DNA of 61,425 nucleotides, filler included, from Sphacelaria rigidula (lineage: Eukaryota): the NCBI GenBank assembly GCA_964200075.2. It is 5 parts of 5 records of this genome, joined end to end, with 100 filler letters (N's around TTAATTAATTAA, not from the genome) between each part and the next. Parts side by side here need not be neighbours in the genome. Positions count along the whole stretch, not along the records: positions 36,920 to 49,123 come from CAXNAA020004008.1; positions 49,224 to 61,425 come from CAXNAA020004009.1; 3 more parts are not named here. One strand, given 5' to 3'. Position numbers and translations under genes: made by a program. Positions within the stretch are counted from its first letter, which is position 1; each line of letters begins with the position of its first letter. Below, piece after piece: positions 37,179 through 50,255 of the stretch. The notes beneath the pieces are model-generated. The model did no database searches. It was not told the DNA's origin and saw only the letters and a list, made by a program, of their open reading frames with translations.

Positions 37179-40100
37179 CTTCAGATCTCTGAATCCGTAG
37201 AAAGAGCCGTCACGCTTCTTGAACAAGTTTCGCCTTACCAAAAGGCCCCCCTGCTCCCCACTGTTGATCTGCCCGAGCAAGTGCGTGCAAAGAGGTCACG
37301 AGAACGTCGATCGTACAAAAATTCTGTAGATTCTGTTCGGCATACCGAGAGAAGAAAATGTCGCCAGGGTACTCTCGCTCTAGCGTGGCACCTCCTGGCA
37401 TCTCCAAGCAGCCGGACAGCGCTGCAGCTTCCGAACGGCCGACCCGCTCACGTGTACGCAATATATCTCACCATCTCATCGCACGATACGTAGATCAGAC
37501 AAACCGTTCCTCCAGTGTACAGAAAAACAAAGATCGCGTCGTAACCGAAGGGCTTTCGATGCAAGCGGACGTTACTCCGAAGCTGTACCCGCGCGGCTTC
37601 ATGCTTGGTACTGTGGTTGCGAAGTACTGTGCATACCCGGATGTCAAGACAAGGCGATCGACAGTTCGCAACTCCAGACAGAGCGAGCTCACTCATTACA
37701 GTCGGGACGCCCAGGCGCGGTCATGTCCACACCATGACATCTCTCCTCCGCCATCTAGCACCCTTGCATCCATTGTTTGAAACTGTTGAACTATGCCTGC
37801 ACCACGCCGTCCGATGCACGCTTGATCCATATCAGTTCAAAACGAATTCATGTCTAAAGACTCGCCTGCCGCCGCTCGAAAATCTCCAGACTACCGTCGG
37901 CCAGGAAAAAGGTAAGCACGACTTGCCGGATCCTGACGCCGCGTGGAGCGTCTCCAGAAAGATCTTCGCGTCCCCACATAAGCTCTAGGTGGGATACGAA
38001 CGTAAACACAGACTTAGTTACAGTATAAGCCATGTAAATTGGGATTCACGATACATGCAGGTACAGTAGTAGTTCGGGTGCTATCAGACAGTCTGCGAAT
38101 GTGGTTGCTCCTTCTACAAGATCTAAAAGTAGCCGTGATGGACGAACCCACGTAGTGCCTTATCGCTCGAAATATTTGCGGCGGCGCAGGCAAGCGTTCC
38201 ACCGTGCGCTTTTTCAACTGAAAGCAGAAGTTCAACCATGGGTGTAGACCTCTATGACGATCAAGTGGTGCGTGAGAAGTTTAGAGCCTGATTGGTGCAG
38301 AATTGCAGGCTACGGTGACGACGAATAATTTCATTTTACCGGTCGTGGATACGCGTGCACGAGGAGGGAAAATCCTCCGAGCATAACAACCCTTATGCGC
38401 GTACGATTGCCGGGAGTTCACCTTGGCGACCACGGGGGATACAAGCACCGTTGAAGGCATCACCCACCGTCTACAAGCTGTGCTCGTTGTCAGGGTGGAC
38501 GTGCGCATATATATATATATATATATCGCAGAAACTGAATTTTCGAGTCTACTCAAGGATCACACGTCCGGGCGTTCCTGCCTACAGTACGTCCTGGCGA
38601 GAATTCCGTTGATACCCTTGCAGGTAACAAAAAAAGCTCGATAGAGAGAGGGGCTTGTTTGCTGCGGGGACGGGATTGATTGCGGCACATGCAATATCTC
38701 ACCTTCCGACAGGTGTCCCAGGAATCGTAAGACCTTCTTCTCCGATTCAACAAAATCCGGAACAACTGGCTGCATATGCCGCTTCTGAACATTATCGGTC
38801 GATTGCGCACAGCCGGACGCTACCCTGCAGGAAAAACGGCAATTCCAAAACTAATAAAGGTTGATCCGAAACCAGAGCAGTCCTTCAGTGGAGGCGGAGT
38901 ATGTTGTACTCCTTAACCCCGTCCCCCGCCTGCTCCTTCACGACCGATAAGTTGGGGCAATACACCAATTTTTTGTTGCTTTTTCCACATCACATGCGGA
39001 TGTCTCACACCCGTTTCTTCTTCTAGACGAAGAAAAAATGCATAGCTGCGATATGGTGGATACTTGTGCAGCAGCATACGTAGCCCACCCCCGCGAACCC
39101 TTTATTGCCGATTCTACGGCTTTCGGGGCATGGTTCCTGAGGCAACCTGCTACAACACTCCTCACGTAAGGGGCAGGGAGAACTGCTGAAGGGTGAAAAT
39201 ATTTCCCGGGCGTAGAAACGATGTTAAGCGCTGTGCATACGCATCGTGTGCTGATGGTAGAATCACTTATAATTTTTTTTCCATCTGCAGCGACGCATAT
39301 TAGCGATTCCTTCGAGCAAAGAGTTGCTCTGAAACACACGGAAACAATTACGCGCATTCCTTGGGATCACTCATCACACGATGCAGTGTTCCGGGCAGCG
39401 CGAAGCTTACCGCACGGGCTAATTTCACTGAGTGAAGTCATTTTCTTCCTCGCCCTTGAAACCTCGCTTGCCGCGGTAATTGCTACAGTAGCTGAACGAG
39501 AAAACAGAAACATCATGATAACCTACCTCTACACGGGGGCTCTCAGCTTGTCTTCGCCTCAGACTTTCGCGTATCACTGAGGAGAAATATTGCAATTTCA
39601 ATACAGACCACTCTCGCCTCGTAATGATCCAACGGAGAACACGGATCTGCCCTTTCGGGGTGTCTGTTCAGTTTCATGATCGAAAACGAACCATGGAAAT
39701 CGTGAAAAATCCTAAGATTTCCTTGAACTAGCCCAGGCGGCTTTCTACTGTCTCGCCGGAAACAGTGGCGGTGAGGAAAGCAACCTCTCACTCCAGTGAG
39801 TTTGCCAAACCTGGAAGGGTTAAATGATAGTCGAAACCCTGTTCTTTAAAATTGAACCCGTTGAAGTTCTCGGCTATGTTACAAGAGGTCAAATCTCATT
39901 TTGCACGTGGTCAAGTCCGCCTGCGTTCACAGGTCAGTTGACTACTGCAAAGTATATATTCTTGTCAAGATCATGAGTCATAGTCATATAACCCACAAAA
40001 TACTTCTTCACACCGCTCAAAAAAACGCAGGCGGAATCCCCACATTGAAGACATGCGGTCAGCGCCATAGAGGACTGGCAGACGCATCAAGTTGTCAGTT

Positions 40101-41967
40101 TTCAGTCGTTTCAAAAGATTCGGAGCGCTTACCTGGATGAAGACGTGAATGGTTGTCTCACGCCTTAACTCTTATAAATAAAGGAGGGCACTCGTATGTG
40201 CCCTCGTCGAGAACTTTAGCTACTGTAGATGCACTAAATGAAATTTGACCAAAAATGACATCATTCACCCCACCTGGTGTCTGACAAATTAAGCACCAAG
40301 CTACCCTAAGAAGCAACCCGAACATATCGCTGTAGGTTCGAAATAATCTCACCGGTCCCGCGAGTCGTACTTTGCGTAGCCCCGAGCCCCAACCGTTGCG
40401 CTTGCAGACCTAGGTCGCACCCTTCGATCACGATCCATATTTCGACCTCGATCGTATTGACTCCTGGGGACGCCGCTCCCGCCACCCCAACCATCACCTT
40501 CGACGTTGTCGCCACCATAACCTTCACCAAAGTGAGTATCGTTCCTGGTTCGCATCGGGGTTGCGGAGACGGGGCGTCGTCTGGGACTCTTCTGCTGTCC
40601 ACCTCCAAGAGTGTCAGCGTACGTGTTGTTATGACGGGGCGTACGCCTTGCTGTCGTATCGATCAGCACTCTGTTCTGGCCGGTGACCTCGGCAAATTGA
40701 CTGTTTGGTGATTCGCGTTGTTGTTGCTGCTCTTGTTGCTCCTGCAGGCGGTGATGAGGGTGGTGGGGATGATGGGGATGACGGGGATGGTGGTGGGGTG
40801 TTTCCGGTCGCGGTGGTTCCCGTTTGCGTAAGTCGTTTGTGGGCGCTATCTCATGCTCTCTCCCTGATGCTCCCGCAGCGGCTTCGATGGCAGCAGCACA
40901 TGCGGGAGATCCCTGTTCCCATTCCGAATATCCTACGCGATGATGTACTACATTTTCACGACCATTGGTGGTACATTTCAGAACGGGTGAAGGCGGCGGC
41001 CTGACGCCGACGCCGACGTCCATGTTACGGTGAGCCACAGATCCGAAGCCATGAGCAAAGTCGTCTGTAGCTCGCATTGGTACAGCTGCATGCTCGAAGT
41101 GGCATACACTTGCACGAGACGCTCCGGCTGTAGACGGGCGGCGACGTGTCGAAGTTGGAGAAAGGTCCTGCGGTGGCGGCGCTGCTCTGTTCAGGGGAGG
41201 GGTCGGTGGGGGAGGAGTCGCTGGTGGGGCCGCGCGGCCGTCGCGACCGTTTCGAATGATCCCGGCTCGGTCGCGGGTACAGGCAAGTGTTCCGGAGGCC
41301 GTGCCGCCCTCGGCTGTATTCTGACAAAGGTTTCCTGTGGAGCCCATGGGCTCTGCTGCCACCGTGCCACCATGGGACATGAACAAGGGGGAACGTTGGC
41401 TTCCGGCGGTAGCAGGTCTAACCCGTAGTTTAACTCCTCCGAAATTGTAGCGTCGAGCAGGCGAGTAAGGAGTAGCAGTGACCCCGTGGATTTTGAGGTC
41501 CTGTATGTCCCCGCCGCCGCCGCCGCCGCCGCTTCCGCCGCTTCCCCAGCAGGGTGCCTTTGCAACAGGTATTTCATATGGTCCGTGCGGTGTGTGATCA
41601 TTGCCAAGCCGGGCATGTGCTGTTGACGGCCTTCTCAGGGTCTGAATCCGTGCCTGCGCGCGTCCGCGCCCAGTCTTGGTGAAACCGTGTGGTTTCCGCT
41701 ATAATAACATAAACGGACAACATCAATCCTGTGGTCAGGAACAAATCATGAACCAGCTAATTCAAGCTCGTCAAGACGCTCAATTCGTGTCATCTGCGTG
41801 TTCAAGTGTTCCCTGGGGATTCCACCTTAGGTGCCGTTTGTTGGTTCTAAAATGAAAGCGATTGGCTTGTCACCGTTCAACGACTGACTGCGTGAGGGAA
41901 GTAAATGCCCTCTTTTCTCTGCTTCTCTTCGCGAGGGTTTCCGTTCATTTACCTCAGGTATATCCAT
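37179..41967 (-). CDS. DM10-domain (EFHC1/Rib72-type) protein with long disordered N-terminus, 5' part only
   Basis: Phase-consistent exons 38703-38765 (VPDFVESEKKVLRFLGHLSE), 37866-37984 (RIRQVVLTFFLADGSLEIFERRQ) and 37179-37268 (INSGEQGGLLVRRNLFKKRDGSFYGFRDLK) match the DM10 pattern. Upstream are an open 1.3-kb exon 40353-41653 and a candidate start exon MDIPE at 41953-41967; the linking exons are not fully resolved. Confidence 0.75.
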
Positions 41968-43208
41968 CTTGTGATCGTCACGGCAGGAGTCCTAGCGGAT
42001 CAGTTAACTTGGGTAAGTCGTTCGATCGATCATGAACTAGCACCATTGATACGGGATCGTCCTTTGGACAGAGAACATCGTCCTCACGAACACGTGGAAA
42101 TTCGTGATGGAGTGCTGGGATATCTTCGACCAAAATTGCCTCGTATTTTCGTACTTGTCAGCAAAATCAAAGTCGCCTCCTGTCCCGCGCAAAAGCGCAT
42201 GGACCGTTACTGTGAACAACCGAACGCCAAGATGCGCGACGAGAGCGACACTCACTTGCGTGATGCCCACCCAAGCACGCGGTTCAGACCCCGTGTATGC
42301 ATACAAGGCGAGTACCATTAAGTACGTCATACTACTGCTACGCCCAACTGTACGGCAGACACTGCCCTGCCCAGTCATCAATCACGAAGATACTCTTGCG
42401 GGGGAAAGTCCTGGTCCAGAAGAACAGGGGAAATAAAGCGTTTTTACATGTAGTACTGTATCGCCGGAACAATTCGCTCGATACTCAGGATATGGGGGCA
42501 GCATACCTGATGCCACGATGGTTCGGAGTTTCCCATTCCAGGGACTCCAACTATTATCCTTGCTTGGTCATGCATCATCCCCTCCAATGCATCACCCGAG
42601 TTGAAGGATATCGGCGACGGAAGGCAATCAATCTACCGCCTGACCACTTCACCCTACAAAAGAGCGACGATGGCGATAGTTTTTGAACGTGTACTGCTTG
42701 CATCATCCTGTGAAACAGAACTTATCTCTGACCTCAGCGCGGACGTATTCATGAGGGTGCAATGCTTTTCTGATAGTGTAGATCTATCTCATTCGCACTG
42801 GTGTTGCCGCCAAATATCGGTAACTGCCATTTCGTTCTGACATACGGGTCAGACCCACAAGGCGAATATAAACTGCATTTCGGACATGGAACACTTGTCC
42901 ACCTGGGTGGTGCTTGACGTCCAACTCCCTGGTCTAGCGACTACTCCGTCGGTAGCAGCACGCTTCTGCGGTTCGCTGTTTCCGGGAGCACCCCGTTTCC
43001 AATCAACCAATATTAATAACTCCGCCTTCGAACAAGACAAAGAGGTAGCAAAGGCACACACGTCACAGACACTTGTGGCAGGAATTACGCTGAACACGGT
43101 CCAAGGTCTAAATTACTTGAGGTCAGATTGAAGGAGAACGTACAGTGTGTTCGGCACCGTATTGCACGTAAACGCAACACTACAAACTGTCGAGGTATAT
43201 TTTCCGTC

Positions 43209-43434
43209 ATGTTTGACGACGTTATCTCGACGGGCTTACAGGCCGTGCTAGCCGAGGTATTCGAGTCCGTAGACAAGAAGCAGCTGAACGTCAGCCTGGT
43301 AGGAGACATCTTCAAGGAGAGCCACTTGGAGCTGACCGACCTACGCTTGAAGAAGACGCTTTTGAAGGACCTCAACCTGCCGGTAGAGGTCAAGGAGGGG
43401 CTAGTGGGAAAGCTCGTGATTCAGGGCCTCAGTG
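43209..43434 (+). CDS. First exon of a Chorein-N (VPS13/ATG2-family lipid transfer) domain protein
   Basis: MFDDVISTGLQAVLAEVFESVDKKQLNVSLVG..LELTDLRLKKTLLKDLNLPVEVKEGLVGKLVI follows the Chorein_N pattern. Donor G|GTGAGC at 43435. Downstream exons were not confidently found. Confidence 0.8.
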
Positions 43435-46400
43435 GTGAGCATAAACGTGGTCTTGGCGGGGCCGTGCTTCCTTCCTATATGTTGCTCGGAATCAAATGGT
43501 TTAGGCACCCATTATCAGAGTGAGCTGTGCCTACTTACTCCCTCGTAAGAGTTGTTGACGTGTGTGCTTGCTGTGTCTGGAGTGTCCAGTGGAATGGAGA
43601 ACAGTACTCTCTGTCGTTCAGACGACAGCTGACTTGCAGCCCGCAGAATGGCCGACATTTGAAAGTCTTGGCCCACACTCCGTTCTCAACAACCAACCGA
43701 CCGCTGTACTCCGTTGTGCTGTTAGTGGAAGGGTCATTCCGTAGCGAGCACAGACGATATCTGTCAGTATTTCGATGTTAAACTACCGTGAGTTGTGCAT
43801 GCGCGTTTACATCTCAGGTTCCTGTGCTCGGTGGCCATCCTGCTAGAACTGGGGTCGCATCTTCGCCCTTCGTACCGTACATGCAACAAACTCTCAACAA
43901 GGGCAGCGTTTCGTTCTATCTTCCATAATTGGAATTCTTGTTTGCATACTAGCTGCAACAACAGCAGGAACTTGTGGCGAGAGGGTATATGACTGCGAAG
44001 AGCTGCTATATGTTTGTAGGCATCTAGATTTTCCTGCATCTCACCTCAGCTATGTGCCCATTCCACCTTAGCTCTAAGTCATGACGTCTGCCCTACAGTA
44101 CGTGCAGCTTGGGTACAGGTCCGTTTCACCGCCTGCTGGCCGTACATGATTTCCGTTGTCCCGAAACCAACGCAATGTACTAGGAAACCCCGTAGTGCAC
44201 CTTGAGTGTACTACTGTTATTTCCGCCTTCCGTGTGGCCCCCATCGTAAGGTAGTGAGTACTGGCTGTACTGTTGTTGTACTGCAGGTACAGTCTGTGAG
44301 CTGCTCATGCGGCTTATGACATTCTTCTTGTTTTTGGCGCCCTCATAACTCTCGTGTGATGTGCTCTATGATAAAGCAACCTTGACGGTGACATTATTTG
44401 TACAAAATAATACATGGTTGCCCATCACATATACACACACCCAGTCGGTACGAATAGTTCCGTATTATTTGTCAGGTCGTGCAGCATCGGTCCCTCAACT
44501 GCTTATTTCAAGGTGTCATCGTGCGTTGACAAGCACTGGCATCAAGTAGACCTATCTACTATTATACTTCATGTACCGGCAAAGGTGCCCCTGTCCACAG
44601 CTCTCAATCCTAGAGGCTGTTCTAACATCAAGTAAGGGCCTCATGAAGATCCGAATTCTTGTACCGCATATAAAAAAAGTACCTAGCCATCGCCTCGAAC
44701 GTGTAGCCCAGTCCGAAGCTGTAGAAATAACGAGATTTTTTTGCTCGGGCTTGCCGCGAGTCGTGTATACCCCAGTGCGGATTCCAAGCTCCACAGGCAG
44801 TGTGCTCGGTGCCCGGTATGCATGCTTGACCCGCACAGGGCACCTTTGATTTTTCTATTGAAATGCATAACTTGATGAAAGTATTGGGTCCTGAATACTT
44901 TGAGTCTCGTGACATGTAAAACGTCTCGCAACTCATGTTATCATTGGAATGCGTCGGATATGCTTAGCCAATCATAACATCGCACAGAGGAGGAAAAGTA
45001 TGGCGCAACAGGTGCCGCGACGCGTCTGAATTGACCGCGCAACCGCGTGAGCCACGGGGCGTTTGCAATGCGCTATTGTGGTCTGTTTGGAGAGATATTT
45101 CACCAGAGGATCCAATGCAGGCAACATATCGGCACCGCACCGAACGATAGAGTGAACCACTGTGTGCACGACCCGACCAACCTTCGCACGGTCTTGCTAC
45201 CCACGGTGTATCTCGGCGGCGGTGGATATGCTGTTGGGGTCGAACGGCGTCGCTGTCTGCGAACATACTCGGGAGAATTTTGATTTGCTTTCAAAGTAAA
45301 GTTAGAAAGTCCAGGAGGGACCTACCTCCTACCCACCTGCTGTGCTGCTGCGAGTGTACGCTACCCCAACGGCTAAGGCCAAGTTAATATCCACAGCTCG
45401 TGGTGTGATGGGTGTATCTGAGCACACCACCACTGACAAAAAGCAAGCATGCCGCAAGTTTGACACTGAGCTTTCGAGTGCCTCTTGCTTTGATCGACAT
45501 CGCTTTATTGCCGTTGATTTCGCCGGTAACAGCAAAAGCATCCAAGAGGGTGAGGAGCCTGTGCCATGACCATAGAACAACTCAGCAGTCTGTGTGGATC
45601 CTGTAAAGCAGCAGAGTACAGCATCATGATGCAGGTAGCTACTCGTGGTAACAGACCCTGTGGCTGTGACAAAGAGCGTGCATGACTATCAAGTCACTCG
45701 TCGAACAACCCATATATCTCTCCTAGGCCGTGTCTTATCACATTGTTTTCGACTCGAAAACGTACGGTGGAATCGAATTTGCTCTTACCTGATACGTCCA
45801 CGGCATCAATGTTCTCAACCATCTGAGAAAATCAAAAGCGTGGGCGAATCAGAAACAGGGAAATTCGATTCGACCGCACGTTTTCGACACGAAAACAATT
45901 TGAGAAGACAAGGCCTCTGTCTTACGCCAGAAAGAAAAAAAAGCAAGTCAACTGCCAAGATTCCGGCATACAAAAATCATACGAGTCGTACGCGCCTCAT
46001 GTATCTTTCCACGGTTTGACAGGGTTTAGGACTGTATTTTCAGCACAAATCAAGGGTTATACTGCTTGTGGATTTCTCCGCCGTGTCTGTTCTAACAAGC
46101 CTGAAACTTGGCACAGAGGTAGACCACAACGCAGACAGCAAATTCCCGGAGCGGCGGCACGTTTTACGTGGTGCGCTAGACGCACGAAGCAAAACACGGA
46201 TTTTGGGCAATGCCATCGATACGCCCTCAAAACGCAGTCCCCTCGGCCCAGACTGCGTGAGACGTCAGTGGATGCATATGTTGACACGAGATACGCTCAC
46301 TTCCTGCTGGGTGGCTCCTGCCCCGGCAAACGAACACATCGATCCGTATTGCGCACACTCTGGATGATGTCATTCTCCGCGGTACCTTGGTATCGCCTGT

Positions 46401-46652
46401 AGAGGTGCTCACTTCCGGAGACACGGCCGTGCAAGCGCTGTTAGAGCTTTTACGTGCAGAATCTGGGGTTGCGCGGTGTGTGCGTACGTATTGGGGCGAA
46501 AAGCTGTCGGATTCTGTTCCGATTTTTTTTTGGCGTAAGACTGTTTGCTTGAGCACTTTAATCGATTTTTTTTCTATATCTTGATGCATTCACTCAGGCC
46601 GAGGGTGGTTTCGGTCAGCTGACCTCGGGCAACTATCGCTGTTAGCTCACTA

Positions 46653-47747
46653 GGCCGTGTGTTATGGCAACAGATTTCTGGCGAACAGATTCTTGAATCC
46701 TGGTGAAATAAATCCGCGGCAAATGTGGGTTCGGAAACGATTTTATGGCAGCACGGATTTTTTTACCATATTGTTCTGAGTTGTATACCTCCATCAGGGT
46801 ATCGAGTTTTGTCTGTAGCGTGTTTCAACAGCTCACAGTCGCATAGCTGTTTCGTGAGTTGTGGTGTGCCGTAGTGATGCAGCGTCACTGCCGCAGAGAG
46901 GTCATCACCACCCCACTAACACCAGTGCCGGTTCTTTCGAGCACATGAGTAAGCGACCATGCCCCCCTCTCCGCTGCTAAAGTTGAATCCTTCACCGAAG
47001 GATCGCAAAATCATCCGCCAGACAGCGGTAGTGCGCATCACATGTCTCCCCCCTCGACGTCTATGCAATGCGTTTGCCAGAAGACTGACGAGCAAGGCGT
47101 GTCGTTTTCTGTCTCGTACGCGCGACGCGGGCTCCATCGCGCGTCGGGTGCGGCGTGTGGCTGCCCAGCGTGTTTTTGATTGTTGTCAACAGGATCACTC
47201 ACAAAGGTACAGCCAGCACGCCGGCACATGAAAGATAAACGCGGCGTGATCCCATTTTGACGGTCTGCCGGCCAAAACGCAAAAATCCATGTGCAAAAAC
47301 CTGTGCTGCCGACCCCCGCCAGTTTGCCCAAAAATCTGTGGGACTCGGGCCCCCAATCTTGGTTGCGGATTATTTCACCCATACTTCTGAGTAATATGTA
47401 TCCATAAGGTGGGTGTAACACGGATAATTTCAAAATCTGAAGATCCGCGGCCAAAAATCTGCTGCCATAAGGCCGGATGTTACGGCGAACAGATTTTTGG
47501 CTACCTGTGGGACGTTTGACCCACCGTTCGATCCCCAAACCAAGAAAACCGCCAACGTACGTCTCGGACACTTTGCATCACCCCACAGGGAGGAGCATAG
47601 TCTGCTTTTTTTATTCCTTTGGCTCCGAGGTTTCGAGATTGGCCGCTGAACAAAAAAATGTGCGCAAAAATTTGTGCTTACCGACCCCCGCCAGTTTGCC
47701 AAAGGTAAATAATCTGTTTGCCATAACATCCAGCCTAACATCTGGCC
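46653..47747. mobile_element. PIF/Harbinger-type non-autonomous element (outer copy)
   Basis: Left TIR GGCCGTGTGTTATGGCAACAGATT. Right TIR AATCTGCTGCCATAA|CATCTGGCC is split by the inner insertion. Flanks CTA/TTA. Confidence 0.65.
47471..47735. mobile_element. Tourist/Harbinger-type MITE (265 bp) nested in the outer copy's TIR
   Basis: TIRs GGCCGGATGTTACGGCGAACAGATT / AATCTGTTTGCCATAACATCCAGCC, with a perfect TAA duplication at 47468-47470 and 47736-47738. Confidence 0.85.
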
Positions 47748-48416
47748 TTACTCGTACAAGAAAGGCGTCGATGTACAAGCTTGGCCAGCGTAGACACGGA
47801 TTTAAGCTCTTGAAGCAATATCTCGTCGACACGGACGAGTTGGGCGATGACCCGCATATTGTATTAATCGTCTTACCAAGGGGAAGGTGACCATCTGCTC
47901 AAAAGGTTGGGTCCATATTTTCTCGATTAAACCCCATAACTAGTAATTCCTATACCTAACGGAGATAGCGTCCGTACCAAAATCTTTATGAATCCCCCGA
48001 TCGATGCATTCAGCGGATTAAGACGAATTTTGATGTGGACATTCCCTGGAGCACGAGGAGACGATAGATACCCTCACCGTCACCTAATTCGTAATCTATC
48101 TCGAGATATGGTGCACATAAGTTTTATACTAATGTCAGTACATTACAAGCAGATGCACTGGATGAACTAAATCTGGATATCGCGTGTCAGTTTTCGAGAG
48201 TTATTATGCTATGAAATTTCGTATGGAACTGCTAGTGCATAATTAAGCTCAAAAACACAGCTTTTTCATTTTTTCTCTTCGGGTTTTTGGGGCAGTTTTG
48301 AGGAGAAATGAACACTGCTTTTGGGCCTCATCCTAATTGTTTAGCTCAATTTTTAGAATTGTAATTTGAAACTCAGGATAAAGAACCACAGGGGTATGTT
48401 GAACAAAAAAAAAATG

Positions 48417-48848
48417 GGCCCTCAGTTTTTTTGGGGAGGGAGGGAAGTTCGGGCGTTCTGGTGAAGAACTGGTGGTTTCCATACTTAATCCTATTTATTT
48501 ATTTATTTTATTGTTACTAAAAACTTCTTACTAAAAAGCCCTCAACCAGTAAAAAGAAAAATCAACCTGACCCACCTTGTTTAATCAATAATGCCCTAGC
48601 CACGACCCACACAAAGTTTCAATACACAAAAACTAAACGTGGACTGGTAGGTGACCAGCAAAATATTGTTCCGAATTTCTTCTGACTCCGTCACTAACCG
48701 GCCCATTGTACGGCCAATATTTGGAGTTGGGCCCTGAAATTTGGTATGGACAATGAATAGGGCATTATAAATACGAATACCAGTGTGCACAAGTTTTTTT
48801 TCCCCATATATTGAGGGCAATAATCAGTTTCAGGTATCAGTAAAATGT
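48417..48848 (+). repeat. Dispersed AT-rich repeat, copy 2 of 12371-12755
   Basis: See copy 1; this copy has a short extra AT-rich insert near 48485-48530. Confidence 0.88.
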
Positions 48849-49123
48849 CCTCAAGACCGACTTTTATGCGCTGGAAATGATTTTTTTTTTGCCTGGGATT
48901 TGGCCAAATCCCAGAAAACGCACTTTATGCACCCCGGATTTGACCAGGTCCCAGCAAAAAAAATTCATGTGTCACGCTCTCGGAACGGTTTCCTGGAATC
49001 TGGAGTCGAGATTTCAGCACCCAGCTGGGATCTGAAGTCTGGATGAGGGTGACGTACGTGCATTGACGTACACTCCCAGAGTACAAGACGTTCGATATTT
49101 TTGCAACGGCAGCAGAAGACAGT

Positions 49124-49223
49124 NNNNNNNNNNNNNNNNNNNNNNNNNNNNNNNNNNNNNNNNNNNNTTAATTAATTAANNNNNNNNNNNNNNNNNNNNN
49201 NNNNNNNNNNNNNNNNNNNNNNN
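49124..49223. other. Artificial contig linker
   Basis: N44-TTAATTAATTAA-N44. Confidence 0.98.
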
Positions 49224-49261
49224 GTGACCACGGGTTCGAGAGATCGAGCTAATGTGATGGA

Positions 49262-49292
<31 letters not shown>

Positions 49293-50255
49293 GGCGTTGG
49301 CTACAGAGACAACCCTGGGGCAAAGCGAAACTTCAACTTATTGGCTTCCAGCTTGTATGGACACAGGGATTAACTTAGGAGGAAACGTCGCAAAAACCAC
49401 TCACCTACTTAGTCAGCGCTGACTGAGTGTCACAATGGTGATTGTGACACCTTAGCAGAGTGCAGGGGTTGCTCTTGTCCTCTCTTTGCTGATATTTTGT
49501 ACGAGCTCCTATTTTGTACCATAAAGTCCATCCCATCGCAGAAGAGGGGTGTAAAATAGTGCATTTTTGATGTACTCATTTGCATGATTTTCACCTAGTA
49601 GATTGCTGCTAGAACTGAACCTTAGACTTCGGAACTCTGTCCGCAGCCTCGTATTGTAAAGAACGTCGACGCCTCGGGAGAGCACCATGAGCGCAAGAGG
49701 TGGAACAGAAATCCAGTTGGATGCAGCACATATCGTCACCGGTGTGGCAGCATTTCGTGAATTGTTGCCCGAGAAATGATGAATACAGTGGGCTTTCAAT
49801 GGCATATATATATAGTCTATATTTAAACAAGCATACGTAAAAGTGGATTTATTTCGAGCCTTCTTTGCCCATGCCTATGCATCTTCGATGCTTGTCACGA
49901 TCTGGTGCTGCATCTAAAACAGACTAATATTACGATCTTGGACTCAGTAGAAATTCCCTCCCCGCCCACATGACGATGAGTTCCCGCGGACCGTTCGGGG
50001 TGCAGCACTCGCTTCGTAACCAGCGCTTTGCACAAGCGCTCCTTTTGTTCGTCCGTCCACGCCCTGTGTGAAGGGTTCAGGTGTATCGATGGAACACTTC
50101 ATGTCACGGTTCAACACTCCGAGATTACCCTTTCAGTGAACCTGCATGGTCATCGATTTTGATTGATTGATTGATTGATTGTCGCACTTTCACTGACCCC
50201 CGAGGGGTCCAGCCGTGGTCGCATGATAAGTCATGCGATGCAGATACATGTTATA

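Noticed and set aside
26941..41967. Apparent single gene fusing DM10 and cNMP-binding domains (both minus strand, consecutive)
   Set aside because: The two parts are separated by the artificial linker at 36820-36919 between size-sorted contigs, so the adjacency is not evidence.
48893..48914. Perfect 22-bp palindrome CTGGGATTTGGCCAAATCCCAG
   Set aside because: Real, but it lies in repeat-derived sequence with no supporting context; the same applies to the GC hairpin at 22464-22506.
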